DNA of 55,264 nt, filler included, from Sphacelaria rigidula (GCA_964200075.2; 5 parts of 5 records of this genome joined end to end with filler, not necessarily neighbours in it), one strand, 5' to 3'. Positions 25,754-40,256 are shown, counted from the first letter of the whole stretch. Program-made: numbers and translations. The notes: generated from the sequence alone by a model not told the origin.

Positions 25754-28700
25754 GAAGCGCACTTGAAGGTAGAGGTATCAACCAAGGCTTTATCAGCAGT
25801 GTGAAGGTGACTGCAGCCCGGATAGTGTTTGAAGCCCAACGCTGTCCCTGGATGTTGTACATTGTTCTTCAAATCTGGAACGAAAATTAACCTCCTTTCC
25901 AGCCAACGTCCGGTGCTCAGCACAATATTCACTCACCACTTTTCAACCTGACGCGGGATCAATCACCCGACAGCAAGATGACGGAGCCTTGACGAGCAGC
26001 GCATCACGGCTTTTTGTCACGTCGTTGTGGATACAATTTTTATTGTACCAACGCACATCGCACTGTGTTTCACTGCGTCCTACCAGCGCACGTAGGTCGG
26101 ACCTCCCGTTGCCCGATGAGTGCTCCGGCCAGGTTAGGTGGATGTGGTTCGTGACGCTAAAAAAACTGGATTTGCTTTGCAAGGGTGCAGTGAGTCGTAT
26201 CGGTAGACTCTGGAATAGTTTTTTTTTCAAGTATTGTTTGGTATACATGAAACTTGACCGTTTCGGGGACCGGTCAGCTTTTGCCCTGCTTGTGCGGGGC
26301 AGTTGAGAAGGGTGATAGTCATGCCGGCTTTCTCCTTTCGCCAGAGCGTATTGTAGAAACCGTTCCGAAAACGATAATTTTTTACTTGGATTGAGAATGG
26401 ATTTGGACGTCACGGGGATACCAGTTAAAGTATGGAGCGGGGAGACATTGACGCTATTAATAATATTAACAATAATAGTAATAATAAAAACGATATAATA
26501 CGGGAGGGGCAGGGTTCATGCGAAACCGCCGTACAGTAGTCATGAACCATGAACTACAGGTGGCGACAGCGCTTGAGAAATCACCTGTTAGGAAATCGAG
26601 GCTCATATTTCTCATATTTCAAGAAATTTTGTTTCGAAACTGTACCCGAAATACGGGCATCTGCGTTCTTTTGCTACGAAATATCCGGGCCTCTATGAAG
26701 GCAAAACACCAATCATCATAGTTTTAGTTGAAGTCAGGATGTCAGTTGAATTTGATAGAGAATAACCATTCTTGCAGATTACCCAGGCAATTATGTTCGT
26801 GTAGACTGTGAGACGGTGCCGAATGGATAATGACGATACCTTCACGTTACCTTGAAGCTCTGTTTCTCTAGTCTTGGACGTTACACACTGGATAATGACG
26901 ATAGTTGGAGGTTACCTGGTAATTCTGTCTCTGTAGTGTCAGAGGACGCTAAGCGAAATTATTATTTTTGCTACTTTTCCCCTCTGAAGATATACAAGGT
27001 ACAGGTAACGCACACCGAAACGTAGAATTAGTAGTGACTCATTAGTCACCTTTTCTCCGTCCCCATTTTTTTTGTGTCTGTATCGAAGCAACCTTCGTCT
27101 GTCTGTCTTCTTTTGAAATTGATTGATTTCGGAGGCTGCGCGATAGATGTTGCCTGTCTGTGTCTCTCTGTCCGCCTTTGTCCCATCTGTCTGTCCTTTT
27201 TCTCTTTTGTTCCTGAATTTTTATGTCATGACAGGCGGAGTTCGGGAGCTGCTCTATCGCATGAACTGTCTGCCCAGACGAGGTGAGGACAAAACATGAC
27301 AAATTAACAAAAAAATGTGCACGTTTGCATACCGCCAAACGCCTAAGGCCGGTCTGGTGCTGTAGTGCAAGTTAACTTGACTATCGTCCCATCGGAAGCG
27401 CTATTACGTGTTGTATGTATATGTTTGTATGTGGGAACCACCACATGGAAGGGAAAAATATCCTCTAGCGTCTGTCAAGAAATCACATTTTCACATTGGC
27501 GACACCATGAGATAGCTCGTACGCTTCACGAACAGAAGGTCCTGGGATCAAATCCCGGAGCCCACCAAAAAAGTGGTTGCCCGAAACAAAATGGTGAATA
27601 CCCTCTGAAGCAGAGTTCAAAACCCACGGAAAATATCCCGCGGCGAATGTTGGTTGGGTGATCTGTCCGTAAAATTACTGTTTTATTTCGAAGAACTTTC
27701 CCGGTATATCAGTACTCAATTTGAGTGTGATCACCGAAATTTGGATCTTTAGTGTAGGGCTGGAAGTCCCAGGTGAAACCTAGCGTGCGTAAAACCCGCT
27801 TCTGTGCAAAGACGCCGATCTAAGGCCTGGCAACGTACGTAATGCCTAGAGCACTCTTTGTACCCCCCCCCTTGCCCCGAGGGTTCTCGGAATGCCTTCG
27901 GTTGGGATTAGGGTAGTCCTTCGACCGCGAGCATAGATCATCTGTTGAATCAGCGTCAGTGTCACTTGAAAAATGACGACATGGCCAGAATGACCTACCC
28001 TCACGGTCGAAGGGTTGATGGGGTTCGCGTCAGCGTTATTCAAGACCCTAATTTTTTCCAACAGAGCGTTCTTTGAAGAGTCATTATTTTTTTACGGACC
28101 GGCAAGCCGAGTTTTATTTTGACGACCAAGCGAGCGACCAGACCGACCGTCCAGCGGACAAATCAACGAATGCCCTCACAAACAATTGATCATGGTATTG
28201 CTTCTTTTTCTCTTCTGACAAAAAAAAAACTTCAGGAATTGGACAATCGGCGATGTTAGCTCAAGGAGAAAAGGAAGATACGTTCCCTTATCAAGATGCG
28301 GTGTTTGGCCTTGACATCGTCCGTCAACATCCTGAGCGGCCGATCGGCTCTTTAGCGCAGGTGTGGGGGCGCAGTTGTGTCTTTTATTACTTTTTTTTTC
28401 ACCTACATGCATTTTGGTATCAAGCAGACTTTCTTCTTCATTTCGGTTAAATTTGAGTATCACGCCTTCGCACCCCCTCCCTCCCCTTGTTTCAATTTTT
28501 TCTCTCTGTTTTTCCTCCCTGTTCTGTTGTTCCCGCATTTATACTTGTTTGTTTTCTCATTCTTTTTTGCCATCGTTGTGAGCAAATTTTGTACGAGTAG
28601 ATTTGATTGGAGAAAAAAATGTGGATTTATCTCGCTGTTTTTACTTATTTTTTTAAAATCTAATTTCTGTTACCTACATGGTGTCGATAGGAAGAGAGTC

Positions 28701-29084
28701 TTTCCCCGTATATTTGAATAAAATGATCCCGCCTTTTTTCGTGTTTTTTTGTTTCTGGTTTCACACCATGGTGGGAATTTTATACTTACAATAGGGGGGG
28801 GTGTTGATCCAGGTCGAAAATATATATCTAGCCTTTGTTTTTATTCGCTATTTTGCCAATGCCGTGGCAGGCATTTTCCAATCAGATGAATTGATTAATC
28901 ACAAGATTGGCGTATGCAAGGTAATCAGAAGTGGAACCCTCGCTAGAGTAAAGAAATATATTTGGGAAAGAAGCAGCTAGATACCTGTAGAACAAACGAA
29001 GTAAGGGGTGGCACATCTTCCAGTCCGGGCACCGTAGACCCTCTCCCCCCTTGTCTCTCCTCCTACAGCACATGTTGCAGTACA

Positions 29085-29360
29085 TGGTGAGACACCCATG
29101 AGGAATTGTGAAACCTATGGCTGTCTCTGGAAGTGGTGATGCCAGAAGATGAAGCAACTCATCGCACGCTGTCATCTATACTCAAGATAGGCAGTATGCT
29201 TCGGGCCGAACATTCTCAGCCGAATGCAGCTAGCTCACCCTTCGTGCGACTCGCCGGACACATCACGGCGGTTCTTGCTTGGTGCTTGATTGCGAGCCTA
29301 GTCCGGCGAAAACCCGGCGTGTCTCCGCGCCGGCTTTGCAGGGATGCGAGGCCAATGGAT
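29085..29360 (+). repeat. Partial copy of the ~500-bp dispersed element
   Basis: GAGACACCCATGAGG..GGCTGTCTCTGGAAGTGG..CACCCTTCGTGCGACT..GGGATGCGAGG matches 30655-30930 and 41072-41330. Confidence 0.75.
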
Positions 29361-30440
29361 TTAATGAGTACACTCAACTACAGTGCAAACCACCTTTTCA
29401 AGAATTTTCACTCTCTTTTTGCCTCCACGTTTGTCCCATCTTCTTTGTCTCTCGCCATCCCTAAGCGAGCTTCGCGTTAGGCTTGTCTCCTCTGAGTATG
29501 ATACCTTCGACATAATCCAAGCATTGCATGTAGGTAATGAGACATTCCGAGCACTGCACATTAGTTGTAAAGGCAATTCTGTTCTACTCGCTGAATACCA
29601 CCCCCCCCGTCCCCTTCCCCGTTTCCCCATCCCACCGCTGAAACTCCCTTGCGCCGACTCTCCCATCAAATTACCGGCCCAATACAATCGCCGGGCCAAT
29701 AAATACAATCAGCATATCCATCTTACGGCATGGACTGCGCCTAGCGGCCAGGTCAGGGTCACCTCGGTAGGGTCTCGGGAGTGCTCGCCGGGTGAGCAGC
29801 ACCCCCTGGCCGCGGGCTACGTGGACCGCTTCGGCAAGAGATCGAAAAAATCGCAGCAGGTCGATGTCAAGGAAAACATGGTCATGCACCGGTTCGAGGT
29901 ACGGAGAAACATGCTGATGGATTCGTAAACCTGTGCTACATCTGAAGGACATGGGGGCGGGCGAGGGGACGGTTGGGAGGGGGGGGGGGAGTTCTCGTAT
30001 CTAAGCGTTACCCATAGGGGCGCGCAGGGGGGTTGGCGGCGGTATTTTTGGCTCCGGTGAATTTTACACACTTGTCCAAGATGATGTCTCGAGCTTGTGT
30101 GTAGGCGTGATTGGTTTTGGGGGGAGGAGGGGGGGGGGGGGGGGGTGGGGTACTTTCAACCCTTCCCCCCCCTTCGGGCGGGGCGGTGGTAATTTTTCTA
30201 GTCTTAGGGGNNNNNNNNNNATCGTTGGCGCCGGTTTATAGGGCGGTGTGCTGCGCGGTTGGCCGGGGCGGCGCGGGGCCCGGGGCGTTGTCGTACTTTC
30301 AACCCTTCCCCTCCCTTCGGGCGCGTCTGTAGTAATATTACTAGTCTCGAGGGTTTTCAACCCATCTCCCCCACCCGGTACCTCTAGCCTGATCCGGCAA
30401 AACCCTGGCGTGCTCCGTCACGGCTTCTTGGGGAAGGACC

Positions 30441-30975
30441 CCCCTATGGGGTTGGGGTCGGTTGGCAATGACGCTGTATAATACGCCACTCACTGCGTAA
30501 GCTCGGCAACCAGGTCACCAATTTTGTTTTGCGCGCTTTTGCGGGGTTTTCGCGGTCATCATCATGGTCGTCGAGCTAGATCATATTGTGCGGGGTGGGA
30601 GAACCTCGATTCCGCAGAAGGGGGACGATCGCACTATAATACGTGATGTTTGAATCGTGAGACGCCCATGAGGCAGTGTGTAAGCCATGGTAGTCTCTGG
30701 AAGTGTGGCGATACCAGAAAATGAAGCACACTCATTGAAGGCTGTCAGCCTAATGCAAGAAGGTAATCAGTAGGCTTCGGGCCGAACAATTTTAGCAGGA
30801 TGCAGCTCACTCGCCCGTCATGCGACTAGCCGAACACATGACGGCGCTTCGCGCTCGGTACTTGATTGCGAGCCTGGTCCAGCGGAAACCCGGCGTTCTC
30901 CGTCCCGGCTTTGGAGGGATGCGAGGTCAATCGTCCTGTGACTACGGCATGCAAGATCATGATTCCCCCCTCTCC
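30441..30975 (+). mobile_element. ~500-bp dispersed non-coding element, near full length
   Basis: Starts GGGGTTGGGGTCGGTTGGCAATGACGCTGT and ends GGCATGCAAGATCATGATTCCCCCC. It is colinear with 40860-41376. Confidence 0.75.
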
Positions 30976-33121
30976 CCCCCGTCCCCGGTACCTCTTACTG
31001 ACTTTTTTTTCTCGCGGATTGATGGAATCGGCACTTTAGCAGCTCGTCGACCTTGATCACTTTGTACTGGCAACTATCCTTCTCACATCTCGGGCAACGG
31101 ATACTGGACCAGAAACACAAAGGCTCCATATTGTCGGGATTCCGAACAATAATACTCACCGATAAGGGTGTTGATGCACGAATCTTACGATTACTTCCAT
31201 GGCATACTCGAGGGACACTGCTCAAGCCATCGCGAGAAACACAAGCCGAGAGAAAAAGGAGACTAAAAACGGCCAAATATGCACTCACTTGCGTGTGCCG
31301 AGCACATACCCTCTTACCGTCGACTTGATATTCATATTCCGTATGGGGGAAGATGTCCTGCTTGATCATGGACGACTGTTCGGTTTCCTGTAGAACCGGC
31401 ACATGGGTTTGAGCCCGCTTTTGGAGTCAATCGTCTTCCAGAAAGCACGCAAGTACTGTTTGGTGAAGGGGAAGGAGGGGAGAGGGGGGAGATGATGTGC
31501 AGTGTCAGTTAGCATCTGTACTTTTGGGGTCCGGGACGACGAGATGATGAATATAGTAGTCAGCATCAGAAGTCTTCAGAATTCGTAGTTGTTGCAGTTT
31601 TTTTTTTATTTTTTCTCGAGAACTATTCTTCGTTACTACTTGAACGTGTGCTAGCGCCGGTAGATTAAGGGGAAAGCGTAGGCCGCGCTCAAACGACAGC
31701 GCCCGAGTTGGTGTTTTTTGGGGCGATACGCACTAGATACCCCGTTTGTCAGGAGGGTATTATTGACCGTTTTTTATCCAATGAAAACAGTTGTCCGGCT
31801 CTTCCGCAACGACGCGGTAAATATTTAATAAAGTGAATATGTATACAATTCTTCGCGGTAACAATCGAGAACGTGTTTCTCTCCTATACTGCCCAGACCT
31901 CAGTCTAGCATTTTCTGCGGATGGCCTCTTTTCGTTTTTTTTCGCATAACATTTTTCATGAGCACTCGAAAGTGCTTGCGTCGAAAGTTTTAGCAAAATA
32001 AGCAGACCGTGCTCAGATCACAATGCCCAAGGTTGGTGTTGTGGGGGCGATACGGAGTAAAGACACTGTTTATCAGGAGAGTGTTATTGACCGTGAATGG
32101 TCCAAGAAACATAGTTTTCCGGCTTGAGCGCAGTGAATAGGTGGAATTTCAAAAGAAATAATATTTTTTGAGTCTTCGCTTATATGATCGGGATCGAGTC
32201 GGTCCACCGAAAATACCGAAAAGTTCGACCCCGGGATTGCGCTTTCGCAGGACCCTCGAAGATCGGTCAAGCCCGTAAGTCACTCTATATTGACCGCAGA
32301 TATTTTTACTTCCAATATTTGTCAAGATGATAAAAATATCTCCGGATGCCCATTTTTTGGCATCCAACAGTTACCGTGATGAGCGGGGGGAAGCGTAACA
32401 AATCTGGAAAATATTTGAGAAACTAAGAAATTACGATTTCTACATACTTCTGACGCTGACTACTGTAGTGACATCCACGAGAAATCGAAGAAGAGTAGCA
32501 GGTAAGAAACGTATCTTGGAGAACTCTCAAACTTTGTCGAAATCACGGCACTGTGTTGTCATGGCTAATCGATCTGACGGACCCTGGCGGGTTGAAAAAG
32601 CGTACAAGCATGCGTGCACACGCGCACCTAGCCGTGCTTGCCTTCAATTCCTCACCCCATCCCTCCCTGTGCTTTTGGATGATTGCAGTACGTCCAACGT
32701 CAACCTTCAGGGGATCGTCGAAGGCCAGACGGTGCGACGGCAACTGCAGCAAGCTCCCGCGGGGGTGCATCTTCGGAATCGTCCGGCAGAGCTTTCATGA
32801 GGGCGTATGTCGGCTCGAAATCTGAAGGCACGAGGCTCATAAAATGGAGAGAAGGGTCGTCGAAGCTGCCGGGACTGCTGGTGAGCTGCTCTCGCTTTTG
32901 AATCCCAAGCGTTGTTTTCGGTGTGGCCATTGAATCGGATGCTACATGTCGGTGGGGGCATGCGGGTGACAGTGGAGAAGTGCGGGAGGGGGCAGTTGAC
33001 TCGAGGGAGTAGTCCCCGTTTCGGTTCGCTTGATTGGTGGTTAATATACCAGATCTAGGTAAAGGGGGGTGTACTCATGATCATGCATGCCATAGTCATG
33101 ACACCATTGACCTCGCATCCC

Positions 33122-33221
33122 NNNNNNNNNNNNNNNNNNNNNNNNNNNNNNNNNNNNNNNNNNNNTTAATTAATTAANNNNNNNNNNNNNNNNNNNNNNN
33201 NNNNNNNNNNNNNNNNNNNNN
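33122..33221. other. Artificial contig spacer
   Basis: N-TTAATTAATTAA-N, 100 nt. Confidence 0.97.
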
Positions 33222-33889
33222 CATCGGGAGTCCGCCCCTACAAAGCCGGGACGGAGCACGCCGGGTTCTCGACGGACCAGGCTTCTTTTTCGAGAAGGGG
33301 GTGTACTCATGATCATGCATGACTATGGAGGGGGGGGGGGAGGAGTAGGCCTAAATTGTCACACGCAGCATATGCGTTGGAGTACTTTTTTATGTACTGC
33401 AAGAATTGTCTCTTTACCGCAAAATATTATTTCGATCCCCATCCCCACCCCCCTCCCCCCAAACTCGTCCACCCCGCCTCGAGGAAGGTGCCCGTGTGAT
33501 CAAGGGGAGGAGCATACTAATTCGTTGCTTGCCTTATTAATATTAATAGACCTTTGACCATTGACCACGCATCCCTTTCGAGACGGAGCAAAAACCCGGG
33601 GAAGAGGTGAAATCGGTTCATACCCTGCTATTTCTTGAGATCGAATAGCGTGTAAACAGCTTCTCCCGCCAACTAGTCACCTGAGTGAAGGCCTTTGTCA
33701 GTGTGTTCCCCGCTGGACATTTGTATACAAGTAATCATCAAAGCTCAAACGCTAACCGGGGGGCAACAACGAGAAAACACAAGGAGAAACAAACTACAGC
33801 ATGAAATGGATATCGGGACACTCCATATGCCTATTTTTTCCCCCAAGATTGTGTTCACGGGTATACTTGAGAAAAAAACGTGTCGGGCT

Positions 33890-34665
33890 GGGTATGTACT
33901 TTTAAGTACCTGGGTATGATAACCGAGTACTTATCTATCCAAATTGTGTGTGGATTGGGTGCGACCTCAAATACTCTACCCAAACAGTGGATAGAGTTTG
34001 GTATGATGTCAACACTCTACACAAATATAGGGTGAGTACTCTCAGCAATACCCGCGTGTAGAGTATCACGTGGGTATGACCTGAAAACTCGACCCAAGTT
34101 TTGGGTAACATGGATACGATCTCAATACTCCACCCAAACATTGGGTAAGAAACCTCAGCAATACCCAGGTATAGGGTACCACTTGGGTATGATGAGTCAC
34201 CCTGACCGTTGTTGACTTCGTGACGTCACTTCACAGACTGCGCTGAAGGTGAGGGCTACCGGTGAGAAACAGTAATGAAAAAGGCGCGTATTAATAGTTA
34301 ATTCGCCCCCCACACGAGTAGTTGAGTAGGGTTTAGACTCTGTACCCAAAGGGTAAACTAACTCAAACTATTCCCAAAATTTCTGTCGGGTCAGGTGTGA
34401 TCTAATTACTCTACCCAAATAATGCGTAGAGTTTGGGTATGATGTCAATACTCTACCCAACAACTGTGTGAGTACTCTCAGCAATTCCCAGGTATACAGT
34501 ATCACTTGGTAATGGCCTCAATACTCTTCCAAAAAAATGGGTAACTCCTCTCGGTAATACCCGGGGATGGAGTATAAATTAGGTATGACCTCAATACTAT
34601 AGTCAAATTTTGGGTAGTTGGGGTTAAGGTTAGGGTACGATTTCAATACTCTACCCAAACCTTGA
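33890..34665. repeat. Degenerate short-period repeat region (TACTCTACCCAAA / GGGTATGA motifs)
   Basis: More than ten recurrences of (A)TACTCTACCCAA and GGGTATGAT/C variants. These are probably subterminal repeats of a non-autonomous element. Confidence 0.6.
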
Positions 34666-34674
34666 GGACTGTAA

Positions 34675-35677
34675 GGCTACTTCTTATGTGTCAAAAAATG
34701 AATCCTGTTGAAAAGTGCATTGTTGGCCCTTCTCCGTCGTTTTTCCCCCGAAAAGAGGGCTGGGCGGATGTTGACACCTTGGAATGACTTGCTCTACTCG
34801 CCGAGGCCGTTCCAGATCACCCCTGCGTTTTCCGTAGGTCACGGTTTCGTTCTTGGTCAACGTTGCATTTTCAATAACAAACGGCCAAGTTATCAAAAAG
34901 CAGGGTGGCAACTGAAGTTTTTTTGGTAACTTGACTGTTCGTTATTGAAAATGCAAATTCGACCAATAACGCAGAGGTGCTCTGGAACGGCCTCGGCGAG
35001 TAGAGCAAGTCATCCCAACGTGTCAGCATCCGCCTAGCCCTCTTTTCGGGGGAAAAACGACAGAGAAGGACCAAAGATGCACTTTTCAACAAGATTCATT
35101 TTTCGATACATAAGAAGTAGCCTATATGTATCGAAAAAACTCTATCAGAAAACGCGTTTCCTGATAGAAACTTTTCCGATAACGTTTTTCGATAGCCCAA
35201 GGTTATCAGAAAATCACGATTTTCTGATAACCTTGGGCTATCGAAAAACGTTATCGGAAAAGCGGTTGAACTCGTTTGAAGACGTTTGAACACACATTAC
35301 AGCCCGATACAGTACCTGTGATGGCTTGGCTTACATCACTACTAATGCTGTCGCCGGTGCTTGCGGGCATTCAGCGTGTTGCATCATTGTCCTTCGCTCG
35401 CCAGTAGCGTGGTGGCACTCTACCCCATGAGAACAGCAGAGGGCAGGGTCGTCGATGACAAACTTACTATGTGGATAGAAGTACAGCCATTCAGTACGAA
35501 CCGCACACCACGACAGGACAGCAGAGTGCTGCGTTTCTCTCGCGCGCCCCATACGTTTTCAATGTTGATAGCGCGTCGATCACGTGAGAAGGGCTACTTT
35601 GAAAAACTCTGTTGGAAAACGTGTTGTTGAAAAAGGGCTTTTCTGATAACGTGCTTTTCGATACACAAGAAGTAGCC
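34675..35677. mobile_element. Composite PIF/Harbinger-like MITE(s) with long internal palindromes
   Basis: TAA|GGCTACTTCTTATGTGTC at 34675 and GATACACAAGAAGTAGCC|TAA ending at 35677 give a 3-bp TAA flank on both sides. 34675-35122 is itself a long hairpin ending in GAAGTAGCC, and there is a second palindrome at ~35171-35261. Confidence 0.75.
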
Positions 35678-36029
35678 TAAGTGCGATTTTTTTTAAATCC
35701 GAGATATTGGGTTTTGTATACCCTACCCGACACACCCGTGCATTGTCTATGTCTTCCACTTTGTTTTCGACAATTTTTATGACGGGAGTCTAATATCTTG
35801 TGGGCCGACCTGCATAATATGTCAGCACAGGCTACGGTACATCTTTGTCGAATATGTCATGTTTGTCACGTTGAGCTTACAGCTCTGCTTTGTGTATCAC
35901 ATGAAGAAACTCATGAAAGAAGGCGTCTACCCTTGGAGTACCTACGTACAGGATCTGAACACCATGGTTGTAGGATTGCGTTGCTGTACCTTGTTTTGAC
36001 TCGTTCTCCTTTATTTTGTTCTCCATCAG

Positions 36030-36216
36030 GTCGCTCGAAGGCCTGCTGGAGGAAAGAGAGGCTTCTTTAGCAGATTGCTTCGCCAGGTACGGCGCGACGT
36101 ACCCCACACCTCTCCGTGTTCCGTCGTGGGGATGCACCCTTCGTGAATCAATTAGTCTGGTGACAACTTTCTTTCGTAGAACGAACACCCAAAAGACTTC
36201 GTCACCTGTTGTTGTT

Positions 36217-36309
<93 letters not shown>

Positions 36310-39300
36310 AAAATGTTAACATGACCAGTTTTTCGTTTGGACCGTGGTTTTTTCGGTGACTACCATGTTGGTCGATCAATGACTGCATGAATAAATTATA
36401 TAAGAGAAGCGGCTCAATGGTGGAGGGGGGGGGGAGGGGGGGGGTACTCACACAAAGTAGGACGACGGAAATCGATTTAGAGTGTCCGTACATTGGAGTG
36501 ACGATACCTAGCCTAGGCCGCACAAGCTCGGAAAAACAATATGTAAACTTCGTATGTTCGAATGTTTTCCAAAAGCTTTCATTTCAATAATGGGAACGTT
36601 GCATTTTTTCTGTGCAAAAAAACATCCACGCGCTCCTTGTGAATTGAGTGTGAGCGTGAAGGGGGGGGAGGGGCTAGATGTATTGAACTCCCAATCTAGG
36701 GGGGCTCCCAAATCGAAGGCAACAGACATGAATGAAATCAAGACTGATGGATGAATGGAAAAACAGGTACGACAAGTTAAAGGAAGATTTCAAGTTCAAC
36801 TTGGGGCTGATTGAGGATCGCGACATGGAGCTAGGCCGTTACGAAGCCACTATCCAGGGGCTTAAGGAGTGCCTCCGAGACAAGGTGAGAAAATAACTTT
36901 CGAAGGAAAAAAAAACACAGAGAAGCGTTCAAAACAAAAAAAAAAGTAAAGATATATGATTACCCTCGCCGCCCCCCTCCCGTGCTCCGTCTCGAAAGGG
37001 ATGCATGGTAGATGGTCAAACGACTCGGGCAAGCAACAAATGAGTACGCCCCGCCCCCCCCCGCACTCTAAATCAAAACAAAAAACGAGAACGACGGAAC
37101 ACCAATTGACATGAATGACTTCCGTTTGACGAGTGTGAGTGATACGCAAAACGACGAAGAAAATAAACAGATACGCTAGTTCGCAAAATCAGCATTCGGC
37201 TTTCGAGGGAGCAAGGAAGTAGATAGCACATACCATAGCAGTACAGTACGAGAAGAAGAAAAAATGAAGAGTGGTGGAGGGAAAGCTGCTGTTTTTTGGG
37301 GCATTTTGGTTTTTCGTGTTTTTGTCTTGCTGGGGGAGAGGGGAAGGGGGAGACGGGTTCTGCCAACTTGTTAGTGGCGATGCAACGGGTGCATATCGCA
37401 CACCCCGACCCTTCGTTGTTCGCTGCATTGGTGGTCACATGGGTCATGTAGACCGGTCGCTGCACGACTATGTCCATTTTTTTTATCTATATCTATATAT
37501 TTATGCGCCTTCAGCCACTGTCTCTGATTTGTTGAAGCAAATGAAGATGAAAAAAACGAGACCAATGGTTTGTTGCGCCGACCGTCGTTCTGTCGATCGC
37601 CGCGCATTACACGAAAAACAAGCGCTCCATCTGGGGATGTAAGTCAGGCGTCAGGATTGGTCTGATATTGACGGTTGACCTATCACAAAAATCGATACTT
37701 TTCTACCGCTGATATATATATATATGTATATGAAAAAAACACCTCATGAAATCATCTCCTAGAATCGTCTCATGAAGTCATATTACGAAGTGCTGTCTGA
37801 TTTTGAGCACGGCGATCAGCCCAATGTATGATATTGTGATGACTGAAACGTTGATACATAGACACGCGCCGATAAGCGATCAACACCCCTATTATAGCCA
37901 CCACACACCACAGACAGGCATTGCGCGTAGGCCGGGGCGAAAAGGTTGTGGGTATATATTTGCCTGGGACCTAAAACGGAGATCTTGATGTTGTTGTTGT
38001 TGTTGTCTTCACATTAAGAAACCGTTCCGATATCTGCCCGGTACATTCGTACTGGGCATCTGATGCGGACGCCTTCCGTGGTCACAGGCTAGCTACCTAT
38101 AATAAGGCTCACCTCCCACAGATGGGGGTAACTCAAAGTGAAGTAAAATATTTTCGCGCGAAGCGCGATTAGGGCCGAGCGTTTGAAAATCACCACTGGG
38201 CAAAAATCGAGGACCCACTTGAAATCAGGGAAAGGACTATCGCATGGGACATGTCCTGTACAACTGTGCTGCAGCACAAACACACTCATGCTCTGTCTTG
38301 TGTGTTGTAGGTGTCGCTGCGCTGTGGCGTCTTCTGGCCTTTGTGGAGACGATTTGATCTCCGCTGGGAGTGCCTGAGTTGCTTCATACTGTAATTCCGT
38401 TCGTCTCTATGAAAAATAATGTTGTCGGCACGCAGTGCTCTCTACACACCGTTGAAACGTTCATGGTGTGTTGGCTGTTTCGTCTCGAGTCAAAGGAATA
38501 AGGCGCTTCCCAAACCCATCATTTCTATGCTGTAGTTCTCGCTGTGCTGTTGGGCATCCAAACACTCTACGACGATCACGGTGCGATGTGCACTGGAGAG
38601 TGCGTACTGCTGCATGCCGTGTTACGGGCTGCACAGAATTGGGGTGGGATCAAGGTGCTGTTGGAACAAAGAAAGGCTGAAACAATCGTCACATGACGGC
38701 TGTACAGCTGTCTGTTGAGTCTTCTCTGCTACTTCAACTATAGTCGGGTGCTGTGATCGGGGAAGACACGACAGGCGGGTGCGTGCAGGTTGGGATAAAC
38801 AAACTGAGCCAGCACGGAGCTGCGGTATCCTCGTTTGTTGTCGGTAGCAGCTGTCTGTGTCGCAGCGGCGCAATGTGTGGACCAATCAAAGCTGCTTTTT
38901 TACTCACCTGCTACTCATATCTCTCATCTGATTGGAGAAAGGTCGCCGCATTTTGGTGTATTTAAAGACTCTGATTGCTCTAAAAACTTCGCAACTCATA
39001 AATCTTGCCCCTATCTGTGGGCCCAGTGCCTATAATAAGGTATGAGGAAATCAGACAAAGCCAAAAAACAAAATAGTCCTAAATGAAAACTCACAAAGCG
39101 CGATGCAAGCAAAACAGGGTTACATTATAAAGAAGAACGATAATGCATTTAGCTAACCTCAGAAGATCCGGTGCCGCAGGTGGTCATTCGGACTTCAGGG
39201 GGGTATAGTATGATGGGCGGTGATCAAAAGGTTTGGTTCCTATTTTTATTTCTTTAACGTCTTTTTCCCTCGCTCGCCCTATCTGCTAATGTTCGTTTTG

Positions 39301-40218
39301 TATCGTTTCGGAGTCCTCAGGAGAAGCCGCTCAATAAGCGCATTTTGTACTCATCATCGCGGAAAGGAAAAACAGAAATCGCTTCGTTTCAGAACGGCAC
39401 AAAGAAAAAGCAATACATGATTCTGCGCCGTGCTGTACACCAAAGTCTCCTGTCCTGTACTGCGCTGTCGCCCACTTTTCTCAACAATGACTGTTGCGGT
39501 ACAAGCCACACCATACTACATCTGCAGGCAAGGCAGGCAGGCGTCTCGAGTTTTGCTTTCGACCATCAAGCCATTTCTTTGTTTTTTCTTTCAATGACAA
39601 CATGATATAATAATATGGACCGAACAAGAGAAGAGGAAAATGGAAGGAAGGCCCACCCCCGACACCACACCCCGCATACCCCGCCGGAATGTTTCTTGTT
39701 TCTTTTTCGTTTGTTGTTGACAAACGGCACTATCGAAAAACGGTAGGAAGTGGAGGCAAGCGAGCTCAAGATCCGTCTCGACGAGGCGCTTAGCGTGCAT
39801 CGGCAAGCGGCTGCCAGGGAAAATGACCAGCAGGCATACTGGCAGGTAACGGAAACGGAACAGATGAACCGACGACCGTCGAGACGTCCCGGCCCCCGCC
39901 CGCCCCTCTGCCGCGTATTTCTAACCACCCGGGCGCTCTGTCCTCGATTTGTGTTTGTGCGCGCGCGCTCTGCGGTGCCATACCATGCCGTGCAGGCGTA
40001 GAATGCAAAATAAGTGAGCACGCACACACATATATAAATACATAAGACAAACACACAACGCAGTAGGTTGGTGAAATAGTACGGGTACCCATGAGGTGGT
40101 ATAATAGTAAAACAAACGCGCACACACCAAAAAGGACGCAGCATTTCAGTGTTTCGTTCTGACGTCTCAACAAGGTACAGATTATACACACACAAGCGTA
40201 TGCCCCCCCCCCTTCTCT

Positions 40219-40256
<38 letters not shown>

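Noticed and set aside
27498-27567. tRNA gene ending in CCA
   Set aside because: Only a degenerate T-arm-like segment (GGATCAAATCCC) is visible, with no pairing acceptor stem or D-arm. It is at most a SINE or tRNA relic.
31030-31560. Exon-like minus-strand segments (YLRAFWKTIDSKSG.., IKQDIFPHTEYEYQVDG)
   Set aside because: Joining them needs frameshifts and I recognise no family. They may be a pseudogene or TE relic, but a call is not supportable.
33064-33325. Apparent continuity of one element across the gap at 33122-33221
   Set aside because: Both contig ends fall in the same abundant repeat family. With size-sorted contigs this is best explained as coincidence, since assemblies break at repeats.
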